Of a DNA stretch of 64,000 nt, positions 55,224 through 64,000 are shown one piece after another. Each line of letters opens with the position of its first letter. Position 1 is the stretch's first letter. The position numbers and the translations under genes are program-made. Source of the DNA: an uncultured Pelagibacteraceae bacterium (GTDB taxonomy: Bacteria; Pseudomonadota; Alphaproteobacteria; Pelagibacterales; AG-422-B15); contig CACPLH010000002.1 in the NCBI GenBank assembly GCA_902634765.1, forward strand, positions 6,582 through 70,581, in the 5' to 3' direction. Under the pieces are notes generated by a model. That model had not been told where the DNA came from, made no database searches, and worked only from the letters and a program-made list of their open reading frames with translations.

Positions 55224-57809
55224 ATGCATATGCAAATCAATGATATAAGATCAAGCTTCTTGGACTATTTTAAGTCGAATGAACATTCAGTTGTTCATTC
55301 AAGCCCTCTTGTGCCAAACAACGACCCAACATTGATGTTTACGAACTCTGGAATGGTTCAATTTAAAAACGTATTCACTGGTCTTGAGAATAGGGAATAC
55401 CAAAGAGCTGCAACCTCACAAAAATGTTTAAGGGCAGGTGGAAAGCATAATGATCTTGAAAACGTTGGCTATACTTTAAGGCATCATACATTTTTTGAAA
55501 TGTTGGGCAATTTCTCTTTTGGGGACTACTTTAAAGACGAAGCAATTGAATATGCATGGAATTATATAACTGGCGAACTAGGTATCAATAAAGATAAGTT
55601 ATACGTAACAATTTATCATGATGATGAGCAGGCATATTCTGCCTGGAAAAAAATCACTAGTTTTAGTGATGATAAAATTATCAGAATATCTACAAATGAT
55701 AATTTCTGGTCAATGGGTGATACTGGGCCATGTGGCCCATGTTCTGAAATATTTTATGATCACGGAGAAAACTATCATGGTAATCCACCAAGTGAAGCTG
55801 ATGAAACTCATGATCGATTTGTTGAAATATGGAATCTTGTTTTCATGCAATATGAACAAGTGGATGAAAATAATAGATTAAGTTTACCAAAGCCATCAAT
55901 CGACACGGGAATGGGAATTGAAAGAATTTCAGCTGTGATGCAAGGTACTAATGATAATTATGAAATTGATTTATTTAAAAAACTTATTGACCATTCAATT
56001 GAAATAACGAAAAAAAATAACAAAGAATTAATTTCAAGTCATCGAGTAATTGCTGATCATTTAAGGTCATCATCATTTTTAATAGCTGATGGTGTTTTGC
56101 CATCTAATGAAGGCAGAGGGTATGTACTTAGAAGAATTATGCGTAGAGCTATGCGACATATTCAACTACTTGGTTACAACGATGTCATGTTGTCAGATTT
56201 ATTTACTACTCTTTCAAATGAAATGTCATCAGCCTATCCTGAATTGCGAAGGGCTGAAAACTTAATTAGAGAAACATTAAGTTATGAAGAGACTAAATTT
56301 AAAGATTTATTGTTAAGAGGAATGAAACAACTTGAAGAAGAACTTAAGCCCCATCAAGATGGTCAGATTTTTCCTGGTTCAAAGGCTTTCAAACTATATG
56401 ATACATACGGTTTTCCTTTAGATCTAACGCAAGATATTCTCAGGTCTAAAAATATTGAAGTAGATATTAAGGGGTTTGACCAAAGTTTAAAAGATCAAAA
56501 AAGTCGGGCACGATCGAGTTGGACAGGCTCTGGAGATAAATCAACTGAAAAGATATGGTTTAATCTATCAAATAAACTTAATAAAACAGAATTTATTGGA
56601 TATGAAAATAATGTTTCACAAGCAGAGGTCCTATCTATTATTAGTAATGGCGCTGAAGTTGATCAAATATCAAAAGATCAACAAGGTTGTATAATCCTAA
56701 ATCAATCTGTTTTCTACGCAGAGTCAGGTGGCCAAATAGGTGATATTGGATACATCAGATGTGGAGAAAGCAATTTTAAGGTCACTGATACACAAAAAAA
56801 AGAAAATCTAATCATTCATGATGGAATAGTTTCTGATGGGGTATTTAAAATAGCTGACGTTGTAGAATTAGAAATAGATATAAACAGAAGATCGTCATGT
56901 AGATCATATCACTCTGCAACACATATTTTACACCAAGCTTTACGGGATACACTTGGAGACCATGTTTCTCAAAAGGGCTCTTTAGTTTCATATGACAGAC
57001 TGCGTTTCGATTTCAGTCATCACAAAAGCTTATCTGAAGGTGAAATTAAAAACATAGAAGGAATTGTTAACAACATAATTAATTCTAACTTTAATGTTCA
57101 AACAAAATTAATGAAATCTGAAGATGCTATTAATTCAGGTGCTTTAGCATTATTTGGTGAGAAATATGATGATGAAGTAAGAGTTTTATCAATAGGTGAT
57201 AACAATTCATCATCTTATAGTATTGAATTATGTGGAGGAACACATGTAAAAAAAACATCTGAGATAGGAAACTTTAAAATAATAAGTGAGTCATCAGCTG
57301 CGTCAGGAATAAGAAGAATTGAGGCGTTAAGAGGAAATGATTTGATAAGTTATAATGAAATAAGATCTAAGCAAATAGAAATTGATTTAGAAAAGAAAAA
57401 AATAATAGAGGATGCCAAAAAAAATAACTTAGAAAAAATAAAAAAACTTAGTCAAAACATACAAGAAAAAATAAAAGATGGTGAAACGTTAATTGTGGAA
57501 ACGTGTAATAATTTGAAGGCAAAAGACTTAAGATCAATCCTAGATCAATGTAAATCTCAATTTTTGAAAAATGGAGTTATAATTATTTGTGCAATAAATG
57601 ATGGTAAAATCAGTTTTTTAGTTGGTGTCACAAATGAGTTATCTAATAATTTATCTGCTAGTGATGTTGCTTTATATGCAGCTAAAATTACTAATGGAAA
57701 AGGTGGCGGAGGTAGAAAAGATTTTGCTCAATCAGGCGGTATATATTCAGAAGAAATAAATATAAAAGAGAGTCTTAAGAAATTTCTAAAAGAAAATATC
57801 CCTAATTAG
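55224..57809 (+). CDS. alaS: Alanine-tRNA ligase
   Basis: 861 aa. Has FTNSGM, the [18 protein letters not shown] motif, the editing-domain HSATHIL..H motif and the C-Ala domain GGGG. Confidence 0.95.
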   Translation: MHMQINDIRSSFLDYFKSNEHSVVHSSPLVPNNDPTLMFTNSGMVQFKNVFTGLENREYQRAATSQKCLRAGGKHNDLENVGYTLRHHTFFEMLGNFSFGDYFKDEAIEYAWNYITGELGINKDKLYVTIYHDDEQAYSAWKKITSFSDDKIIRISTNDNFWSMGDTGPCGPCSEIFYDHGENYHGNPPSEADETHDRFVEIWNLVFMQYEQVDENNRLSLPKPSIDTGMGIERISAVMQGTNDNYEIDLFKKLIDHSIEITKKNNKELISSHRVIADHLRSSSFLIADGVLPSNEGRGYVLRRIMRRAMRHIQLLGYNDVMLSDLFTTLSNEMSSAYPELRRAENLIRETLSYEETKFKDLLLRGMKQLEEELKPHQDGQIFPGSKAFKLYDTYGFPLDLTQDILRSKNIEVDIKGFDQSLKDQKSRARSSWTGSGDKSTEKIWFNLSNKLNKTEFIGYENNVSQAEVLSIISNGAEVDQISKDQQGCIILNQSVFYAESGGQIGDIGYIRCGESNFKVTDTQKKENLIIHDGIVSDGVFKIADVVELEIDINRRSSCRSYHSATHILHQALRDTLGDHVSQKGSLVSYDRLRFDFSHHKSLSEGEIKNIEGIVNNIINSNFNVQTKLMKSEDAINSGALALFGEKYDDEVRVLSIGDNNSSSYSIELCGGTHVKKTSEIGNFKIISESSAASGIRRIEALRGNDLISYNEIRSKQIEIDLEKKKIIEDAKKNNLEKIKKLSQNIQEKIKDGETLIVETCNNLKAKDLRSILDQCKSQFLKNGVIIICAINDGKISFLVGVTNELSNNLSASDVALYAAKITNGKGGGGRKDFAQSGGIYSEEINIKESLKKFLKENIPN

Positions 57810-59023
57810 GATAATGCAGATTGAAGGTTTGAGTTTATTTTTTCAAGAAAGTCTTGAGTATTAAGCCACTCTTGTTCTTTAGATACTAATATTGCTAAAT
57901 CTTTAGTCATGAACCCACTCTGAACAGTATCAACACATACTTTTTCAATAGTTTCAGCAAAATCTATGAGTCTACTATTGTCATCCATTTTTCCCCTATA
58001 ACTTAAACCCCTGGTCCATGCAAAAATAGATGCTATTGGATTTGTTGAGGTAGCCTTTCCTTCTTGATGAAGACGATAATGTCGAGTAACTGTGCCGTGT
58101 GCTGCCTCAGCTTCAATTGTTTTTCCATTTGGAGTCATTAAAACACTTGTCATAAGACCCAATGATCCAAAGCCTTGAGCAACTGTGTCAGATTGAACAT
58201 CTCCATCATAATTTTTACATGCCCAAACGAAATCTCCATTCCATTTTAATGCTGACGCAACCATGTCATCAATAAGCCTGTGTTCATAATCGAGATTCAA
58301 TTTTCTAAAGTCAGATTCAAACTCATTTTCATATATTTCCTGAAACAAATCCTTAAATCTACCATCATACGCTTTTAGAATTGTATTTTTAGTAGATAGA
58401 TATACTGGCCATTTTCTCATTAATGCATAATTCATACATGCACGAGCAAAGTCTCTTATTGACTCATCTGTATTGTACATAGCCATTGCAATTCCAGGTG
58501 AGTCAAAATTAAATACTTCATGTTCAATTATATCTTGACTTGGGTCAGCTGGTGTCCATTTAATAGATAATTTCCCTTTTCCTGGTACTAAAAAATCTGT
58601 AGCACGATATTGGTCTCCAAACGCATGTCTTCCAATGACAATTGGATCTGTCCATCCTGGCACTAACTTAGGAACATTATTGCACACTATTGGCTCTCTA
58701 AATACAGTCCCACCTAATATATTTCTAATAGTTCCATTTGGTGATCTCCACATTTTTTTAAGGTTAAATTCTTTCACTCTGTCTTCATCAGGTGTAATCG
58801 TTGCACACTTAACTCCCACTCCATATCTTCTAATAGCTTCAGCTGAATCGGCTGTTACTTGATCATCTGTTTTATCTCTATTTTCAATGCCCAAATCGTA
58901 GTAATGAAGATCAATATTTAAATATGGTAAGATTAACTTATCTTTGATGAACTGCCATATAATGCGAGTCATTTCATCACCATCAATTTCAACTAGTGGA
59001 GTATTTACTTTAATCTTTGTCAT
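57806..59023 (-). CDS. icd: NADP-dependent isocitrate dehydrogenase (homodimeric subfamily II, eukaryote-like)
   Basis: 405 aa. Has an N-terminus [21 protein letters not shown], and also [11 protein letters not shown] and DGDVQSD. Confidence 0.95.
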   Translation of the reverse strand: MTKIKVNTPLVEIDGDEMTRIIWQFIKDKLILPYLNIDLHYYDLGIENRDKTDDQVTADSAEAIRRYGVGVKCATITPDEDRVKEFNLKKMWRSPNGTIRNILGGTVFREPIVCNNVPKLVPGWTDPIVIGRHAFGDQYRATDFLVPGKGKLSIKWTPADPSQDIIEHEVFNFDSPGIAMAMYNTDESIRDFARACMNYALMRKWPVYLSTKNTILKAYDGRFKDLFQEIYENEFESDFRKLNLDYEHRLIDDMVASALKWNGDFVWACKNYDGDVQSDTVAQGFGSLGLMTSVLMTPNGKTIEAEAAHGTVTRHYRLHQEGKATSTNPIASIFAWTRGLSYRGKMDDNSRLIDFAETIEKVCVDTVQSGFMTKDLAILVSKEQEWLNTQDFLEKINSNLQSALS

Positions 59024-59566
59024 CTAATTTATGTAATTGTTTAAATCACTTATATTACTAATAATTTTATAATCATCTTTTATATTTGAGTGTGAAAATT
59101 TGCAATCAATTGTTTTACTTATAATTGTATTTAGATCATCCCAATAATTATTTACATTATAGATTAATATATCTTTTGAATGAAGTTTTAACTGCTTCCA
59201 AGATAGTATTTCAAAAAACTCCTCTAGTGTACCTATACCACCTGGTAGTATAAGAAATGCATCAGCCGCATTAAACATTTTATTTTTTCTTTCAGACATT
59301 GAGTCTACGATATGTATATCTGTTAGATCCTCATTGATTTTTTCTTTGTTAATCAAATGTGAAGTTATAACTCCCATTACTTTACCGCCATTCTTAAGTA
59401 CTGCACCTGAAACAGCACCCATGAGTCCTAAATTTCCACCCCCATAAATTAATTTTATATTATTATTAGCAAGAAATTTTCCAATATTTTCAGCAGCTTC
59501 GAAAAATAAATGATTATTTCCGACAGATGAGCCGCAGTAGACTGCCATGGATGAAATTTTTTTCAT
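59024..59566 (-). CDS. LOG-family (TIGR00730) nucleotide phosphoribohydrolase
   Basis: 180 aa. Has VYCGSS, the PGGIGTLEE motif and GGG..GLMG. Abuts the icd start with zero spacer. Confidence 0.85.
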   Translation of the reverse strand: MKKISSMAVYCGSSVGNNHLFFEAAENIGKFLANNNIKLIYGGGNLGLMGAVSGAVLKNGGKVMGVITSHLINKEKINEDLTDIHIVDSMSERKNKMFNAADAFLILPGGIGTLEEFFEILSWKQLKLHSKDILIYNVNNYWDDLNTIISKTIDCKFSHSNIKDDYKIISNISDLNNYIN

Positions 59567-59582
59567 GATAAAGCACCATACT

Positions 59583-62500
59583 TTAATTAGATAGAATAGG
59601 GGACTTCTTTCTAGAAAAACTTAATTCTTTTAGTCTATCTGGAAGCGCTAATAGAGCAGGGGTAACAAAAAGAGTCGCAATTGCAGCAAAGCTCAATCCC
59701 CAAACAAGAGCCCAAGCCAATGGTTCTGTGAAATAAGTTTCAGCACTTTTATAATTAACTGATCTATCAAATATATTTACGCTTAGCTGTAAAGCAGAAG
59801 GCAAAATACCTACTACTGTAGTAATTGTTGTTAGCAAGATTGGCCTTACCCTACTTTTTGTTGACAAGAGGATAGCTTTATTTTTATTTTTTTCATTTTT
59901 TCTAATTTTACGATAACTATCAATCAGAATAATATTATTATTAACCACTATACCGGCACAAGCTACAATTCCAAGTCCTGTCATCACTATGCTAAAATTC
60001 ATTTGAAGAACTATTAAGCCAATAAAAATACCAGTAGTCGAAAGAACTAACGAAAAAAGAATTATAAAAGTGTGATAAAAATTATTAAAGAGGCAAATAA
60101 GAATTATAAACATTGATAGTATTGAAAAGATAAAAGCTCCAATAACAAAGTTAAGTGAACTTTCTGAATCCTCAGCTTCACCAATTAATCGAACTTCTAC
60201 TCCAAGAGGTAAACTAGTAGAGTTTTTCCAATTTTTAAGTTGTGAAATCTTTTCAGCAACATTTAAGGAAGGATCAACATCAGCACTAATTATTAAATTT
60301 CTCTTACTATCTTTTCTACTTATTGAGTAAATTTTATTTGTAGGTCTTTTATTAACGAACTCTTTAATTGGTAGAGAACCTTGAGGTGTATTAATTGTAA
60401 TATTTTCAACCTGATCGAGAGTTCTTTGTTCATCAGGAAGATATACTTTTATATCAATTTCTTCAGATGAATTTATTGGTCTTAGTGATCCGATTTTTAA
60501 TCCATCAGTTGCCAAGCTAATAACTGATCCGATTAGTCTAACTGGAACATTATGCTTGCTGGTCATATTTCGATCAATATCATACTTCCATTCAACACCA
60601 GATAATGGATATTGAATTTCTATATTATTAAGCCCATCTACTTCATTTAATTTATTTCTAATAATTTCTGCAGTTTGATTAAGCGCTAATTTATTTGAGG
60701 ATGAAACTTCAATTTCAATTGGTTTTCCAGCATTTAAGCTTGAGCTATAAGTGTTGCCTTTTATAGTTGCATCAAATCCAACTATTTGAGAAAGCTCATT
60801 TTGCATTTCATTTATTATTAAATCTGGATCTGCAATATTTTCGGGATTTTTAAATTCAAGCCAAATTTTTCCAATTACATCACTTGGATCTGCGTCGAAG
60901 AACCATATTCTCTTTCTCTGGATAGTATTAGAAACATATTGATCTATATAAGGTTTGTTATTAATTACTTCTAATGCCTCGTTTATATATCTACTTTTTT
61001 CGTCAACTGACAGATTTCCTCTCGCAGTTATATTTATTCTAGCGCTATCAGCCTTATCATCTGGAAAGAATTGAACGCCAGTATTAAAATTCTTGTACAA
61101 AAGAATGATTAAAATAAAAGATATAGAAGTAAGAAGAATAACTTTTATAGGGTTTTCTATTGCATTAGAGAGAATTGACTCATATTTGAGATATAAAAAA
61201 TTACTCTGATTTTCACTTGGTTGCATATCAGCAGTCTTTCTTTCAATCATTGCTCCAAGTGATGGTACAAAAATTAGTGTTACTATTAAGGAAGTGGTTA
61301 ATACTACTATCACAGTGACAGGAATTACTTTCAACCATTGTCCAATTGTATCTGGCCAAAATATTAATGGAATAAATGCGACTATGGTAGTTAAGGCTGA
61401 AGCAATAATTGGCCAGAACATATTGTAGGAGGCATTAATATAAGAGTCTCTCCTACGGACACCTTTTTCCTGTTCAGATCTTGCATATTCAGAGATAACG
61501 ATTGGTCCATCAACAAGCAACCCTACAGCTAATATTAAACCAAATATTGTCATTAAGTTATATGTCATGCCCAGAAAATCTAATATTAGAATTGAAAAAA
61601 GATAGGTTAGGGGTATTGATAGTCCTATAAGAACACCACTTCTTAATCCTAGAATGCCAACAATTATGATCATGACTAACATTACAGCGGTTATGACTGT
61701 GTTTTCTGAAGCACTTATTCTTTGACGAACACCAATAGAGTCGTCATCAACGAGAACCGCTTTAATTAGAGGGTGAAAGCTATTTTTATTTTCCGCAAGA
61801 ACTCTTTTAACTGCATCATATGTATCCAAGACATTTGTTCCAGATTTTCTTGAAATATTGATATTTAGTGCAGATTTTCCATTTACTGTTACGTATTCTT
61901 CAGTCTTATTAAACGCACGTTTAACTAGTGCAACATCTCCTAGAGTTAGAATGAAGTTGTTTATAGATCTTATTGGAAGTTTTTCTAAATCATTATAATT
62001 TTCATAAAGTGAGGGCACTTTTACAGAAAATTCAGCATTAGAGTCTGAGAGTGTTCCCGCGGGTATAAGGTTGTTATATGCCCTAAGAGCATTAATAATC
62101 TCATCTAAATTGATATTGTGTTTTTTTAATAACTCAGGAACAACTGTAATTTTTATTTGATCTTCTCTGCCTCCTCGGATTTCAACTTCAGTTACATTAT
62201 TAATTAGTTCAAACTTTTCTTTATAAGCTTCAGCAGTAGAATTTAGAACTTTATATGGAACATCCCCATAAATACCAATTCTTATCTGAGAGAACATTTC
62301 TGATGAATATTCTTTTACTTCTATAATTTCTATATCCTCTGGAAGTTTACTTTTTGAGTCTTCGACTTTATTTCGAACTAATTTTGCTATATTTTTAATT
62401 TTAGTATCCAAATTAAATGACACACGAAGTGTTGCTACGCCGTCTTTTGAAACAGAAATAATTTCATTTATATCATTTAGTGACATTAATTCTCTCTCTA

Positions 62501-62705
62501 ATGGCTCAGTGATCAACCGTTCAATTTCATTTGAAGATAATCCTTGATAAGCAATAATTACTGCCACAGTTTTTAGGTCAACAGCTGGACGTTCTTCTTT
62601 AGGAAAAGTTGCATATGAGATTGACCCCAAAAGGACAATCATTACCAAAAAAGTAAGAATGGTTCTTCTTTGTAATAAGATTGCTGTAAGAATAGATTTA
62701 AGCAT
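59583..62705 (-). CDS. RND efflux transporter permease (AcrB/MdtC-like), full length
   Basis: 1040 aa with the typical AcrB N-terminus, two large periplasmic loops and 12 TM segments. Confidence 0.9.
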   Translation of the reverse strand: MLKSILTAILLQRRTILTFLVMIVLLGSISYATFPKEERPAVDLKTVAVIIAYQGLSSNEIERLITEPLERELMSLNDINEIISVSKDGVATLRVSFNLDTKIKNIAKLVRNKVEDSKSKLPEDIEIIEVKEYSSEMFSQIRIGIYGDVPYKVLNSTAEAYKEKFELINNVTEVEIRGGREDQIKITVVPELLKKHNINLDEIINALRAYNNLIPAGTLSDSNAEFSVKVPSLYENYNDLEKLPIRSINNFILTLGDVALVKRAFNKTEEYVTVNGKSALNINISRKSGTNVLDTYDAVKRVLAENKNSFHPLIKAVLVDDDSIGVRQRISASENTVITAVMLVMIIIVGILGLRSGVLIGLSIPLTYLFSILILDFLGMTYNLMTIFGLILAVGLLVDGPIVISEYARSEQEKGVRRRDSYINASYNMFWPIIASALTTIVAFIPLIFWPDTIGQWLKVIPVTVIVVLTTSLIVTLIFVPSLGAMIERKTADMQPSENQSNFLYLKYESILSNAIENPIKVILLTSISFILIILLYKNFNTGVQFFPDDKADSARINITARGNLSVDEKSRYINEALEVINNKPYIDQYVSNTIQRKRIWFFDADPSDVIGKIWLEFKNPENIADPDLIINEMQNELSQIVGFDATIKGNTYSSSLNAGKPIEIEVSSSNKLALNQTAEIIRNKLNEVDGLNNIEIQYPLSGVEWKYDIDRNMTSKHNVPVRLIGSVISLATDGLKIGSLRPINSSEEIDIKVYLPDEQRTLDQVENITINTPQGSLPIKEFVNKRPTNKIYSISRKDSKRNLIISADVDPSLNVAEKISQLKNWKNSTSLPLGVEVRLIGEAEDSESSLNFVIGAFIFSILSMFIILICLFNNFYHTFIILFSLVLSTTGIFIGLIVLQMNFSIVMTGLGIVACAGIVVNNNIILIDSYRKIRKNEKNKNKAILLSTKSRVRPILLTTITTVVGILPSALQLSVNIFDRSVNYKSAETYFTEPLAWALVWGLSFAAIATLFVTPALLALPDRLKELSFSRKKSPILSN

Positions 62706-64000
62706 TTACTATTTTTGAGTCAGATCTTGAGTATTTTTTTAGGATTTTTTTTAAATGTGAAGGGAGTACAATCAAGCATGGAGTTACGATTAGTGTAAGT
62801 ATTGCAGAGAAAGATAATCCATAAACAATACATTGTGCGAGAGGGCTCCACATAGATGTAACGTTTGAGTCATAGGCAATTTCACGGCTTATTGGGTCTA
62901 TACTATAGTTTAAGGCAAGAGGGATTAAGCCTAACATGGTGGTAACAGTAGTAAGAAATATTGGCCTCAATCTTTGTGCGCTTGCTTTTAAAATAGATGT
63001 TTCAACATCCATATCTTTATTCTTTTTTTGAATAAAATTAAATGCATCAATTAAAATAATATTGTTATTAACAACTATGCCAGCAAGAGAGATTATTCCA
63101 ATGCCATGCATGATTGCACTAAATTGCTGATCAAAAACTAGCAAACCAAAAAATACACCAGCAGTACTCATTAGCACAGCAGAAAGAATGATAAAACTCT
63201 GATAAAAGCTATTGAATTGCGTCACAAGTAGTGCCGCCATTATTAAAATAGAAATTATGAATGCCTGTATCACAAATCTCATTGAGTTATTTTGTTCTTC
63301 ATTTTCTCCTCCAAAAACAATATCTATATTTCCAGGAAAATTTTGTTTTTCTACCCATGTAGCTAACTCAGTAGATTTCTCACCAACAGTAGTGGTTTCA
63401 TCCACATTTGCCTTAATATACATAGCATTTCTTGCATCATACCGTCTTATAAAGCTTACGTTTCGCTTAGCTTTCTTTTTGACAAAATTACTTATTGGTA
63501 CTGAACCAAAATTTGTTTCAATCATTATATTATCTAGTTGATCAATTGACCTTTGATCTTCAGGGTATCTTACAAAGATCTCTAACTCATCATCAACATC
63601 ACTAGGCCTATATTTTCCAATCATGACACCATTAGTTACTAAATTTACAGCAGACCCAATTGTGAAGACATCTGCTCCAAATTGAGATGCTTTTGGTTTA
63701 TCAATAATAAGTTCCCATTCAACTAAGGGTATTGGCAATGTATCTTCTACACTTATTAATCCATCAACGTTATTATCAATATGAGATCTCAATTTTTCTG
63801 CTATTGGAATAATATCATTTGTGGACGGGCCCATTATTCTAATTTCTAAATCTTTTCCTACTGGAGGACCATTTTGGAGCTCTGAAACTTCAACTTTTAT
63901 TCCACTAATCTTGTCTACTTGCTCTCTTATTTGACTTATAATAAAGTGTCCGTTATCTCGAGATGATCGTTCTGTAAATTCAAAAAATAAGTTAGCAATC
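62698..64000 (-). CDS. RND efflux transporter permease (AcrB/MdtB-like), C-terminal part; gene continues beyond right edge
   Basis: I checked that the frame upstream of the track's Met (63834) stays open to position 63999 (..FEFTERSSRDNGHFIISQIREQVDKISGIKVEVSELQNGPPVGKDLEIRIMGPS..). The C-terminal TM7-12 region is present. Overlaps the next RND gene by 8 nt. Confidence 0.85.
   Translation of the reverse strand, partial: IANLFFEFTERSSRDNGHFIISQIREQVDKISGIKVEVSELQNGPPVGKDLEIRIMGPSTNDIIPIAEKLRSHIDNNVDGLISVEDTLPIPLVEWELIIDKPKASQFGADVFTIGSAVNLVTNGVMIGKYRPSDVDDELEIFVRYPEDQRSIDQLDNIMIETNFGSVPISNFVKKKAKRNVSFIRRYDARNAMYIKANVDETTTVGEKSTELATWVEKQNFPGNIDIVFGGENEEQNNSMRFVIQAFIISILIMAALLVTQFNSFYQSFIILSAVLMSTAGVFFGLLVFDQQFSAIMHGIGIISLAGIVVNNNIILIDAFNFIQKKNKDMDVETSILKASAQRLRPIFLTTVTTMLGLIPLALNYSIDPISREIAYDSNVTSMWSPLAQCIVYGLSFSAILTLIVTPCLIVLPSHLKKILKKYSRSDSKIVNA

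Noticed and set aside
62698-62705. Considered whether the two RND ORFs are one gene split by a frameshift (a pseudogene).
   Set aside because: The downstream ORF is a complete 1040-aa RND protein with its own N-terminal TM1 and both periplasmic loops. The upstream ORF ends with a complete TM7-12 module. These are two full genes.

Overview
This window looks like a very AT-rich, extremely compact chromosomal segment from a streamlined marine alphaproteobacterium of the SAR11/Pelagibacterales type. That placement is an inference from composition, gene content, recA-alaS order and a GAAC-N7-GAAC SOS box. There are about 60 protein genes, most separated by under 20 nt or overlapping by 1-17 nt. 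I saw no rRNA, tRNA, CRISPR array, transposase, integrase or recognisable defence genes.

Main blocks:
(i) 0.5-5.8 kb: 2Fe-2S ferredoxin, ferredoxin-NADP reductase, two methyltransferases and a Baeyer-Villiger monooxygenase.
(ii) 5.8-11.4 kb: a tetrahydrofolate C1 module (acyl-CoA ligase, fhs, MTHFR-like, GcvT/DmdA-family demethylase).
(iii) 12-20.3 kb: an enolase-superfamily gene, a MatB-like ligase, and a 5-gene ADH/ALDH/amidase/serine-hydrolase/VOC operon.
(iv) 20.4-41.5 kb: glycine-betaine uptake (proV, fused proW-proW, proX, two EamA) and a full demethylation route to glycine (BHMT-like, DMGDH, soxBDAG). Thirteen of these genes form a 13.9-kb co-directional array. That array also carries an unexplained metal-handling quartet (SCO1-like, small Cys-rich protein, DUF2182 with a Met/Asp tandem repeat, DUF1326), an AFG1/ZapE ATPase and DUF983.
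(v) 41.6-46.3 kb: a lipid-modification operon resembling furan-fatty-acid genes.
(vi) 46.4-49.4 kb: redox and detoxification genes.
(vii) 49.4-64 kb: housekeeping genes (dusA, CoxD/CoxE-like MoxR-VWA pair, dksA, recA, alaS, icd, LOG, two tandem RND pumps).

Four items are not in the ORF track: a partial DUF1611-like gene at the left edge, a 52-codon Cys/His-rich ORF at 46251-46409, an orphan intrinsic terminator or candidate sRNA near 398-486, and SOS boxes upstream of recA.

All functional calls come from recognising motifs by eye. No database search was run.
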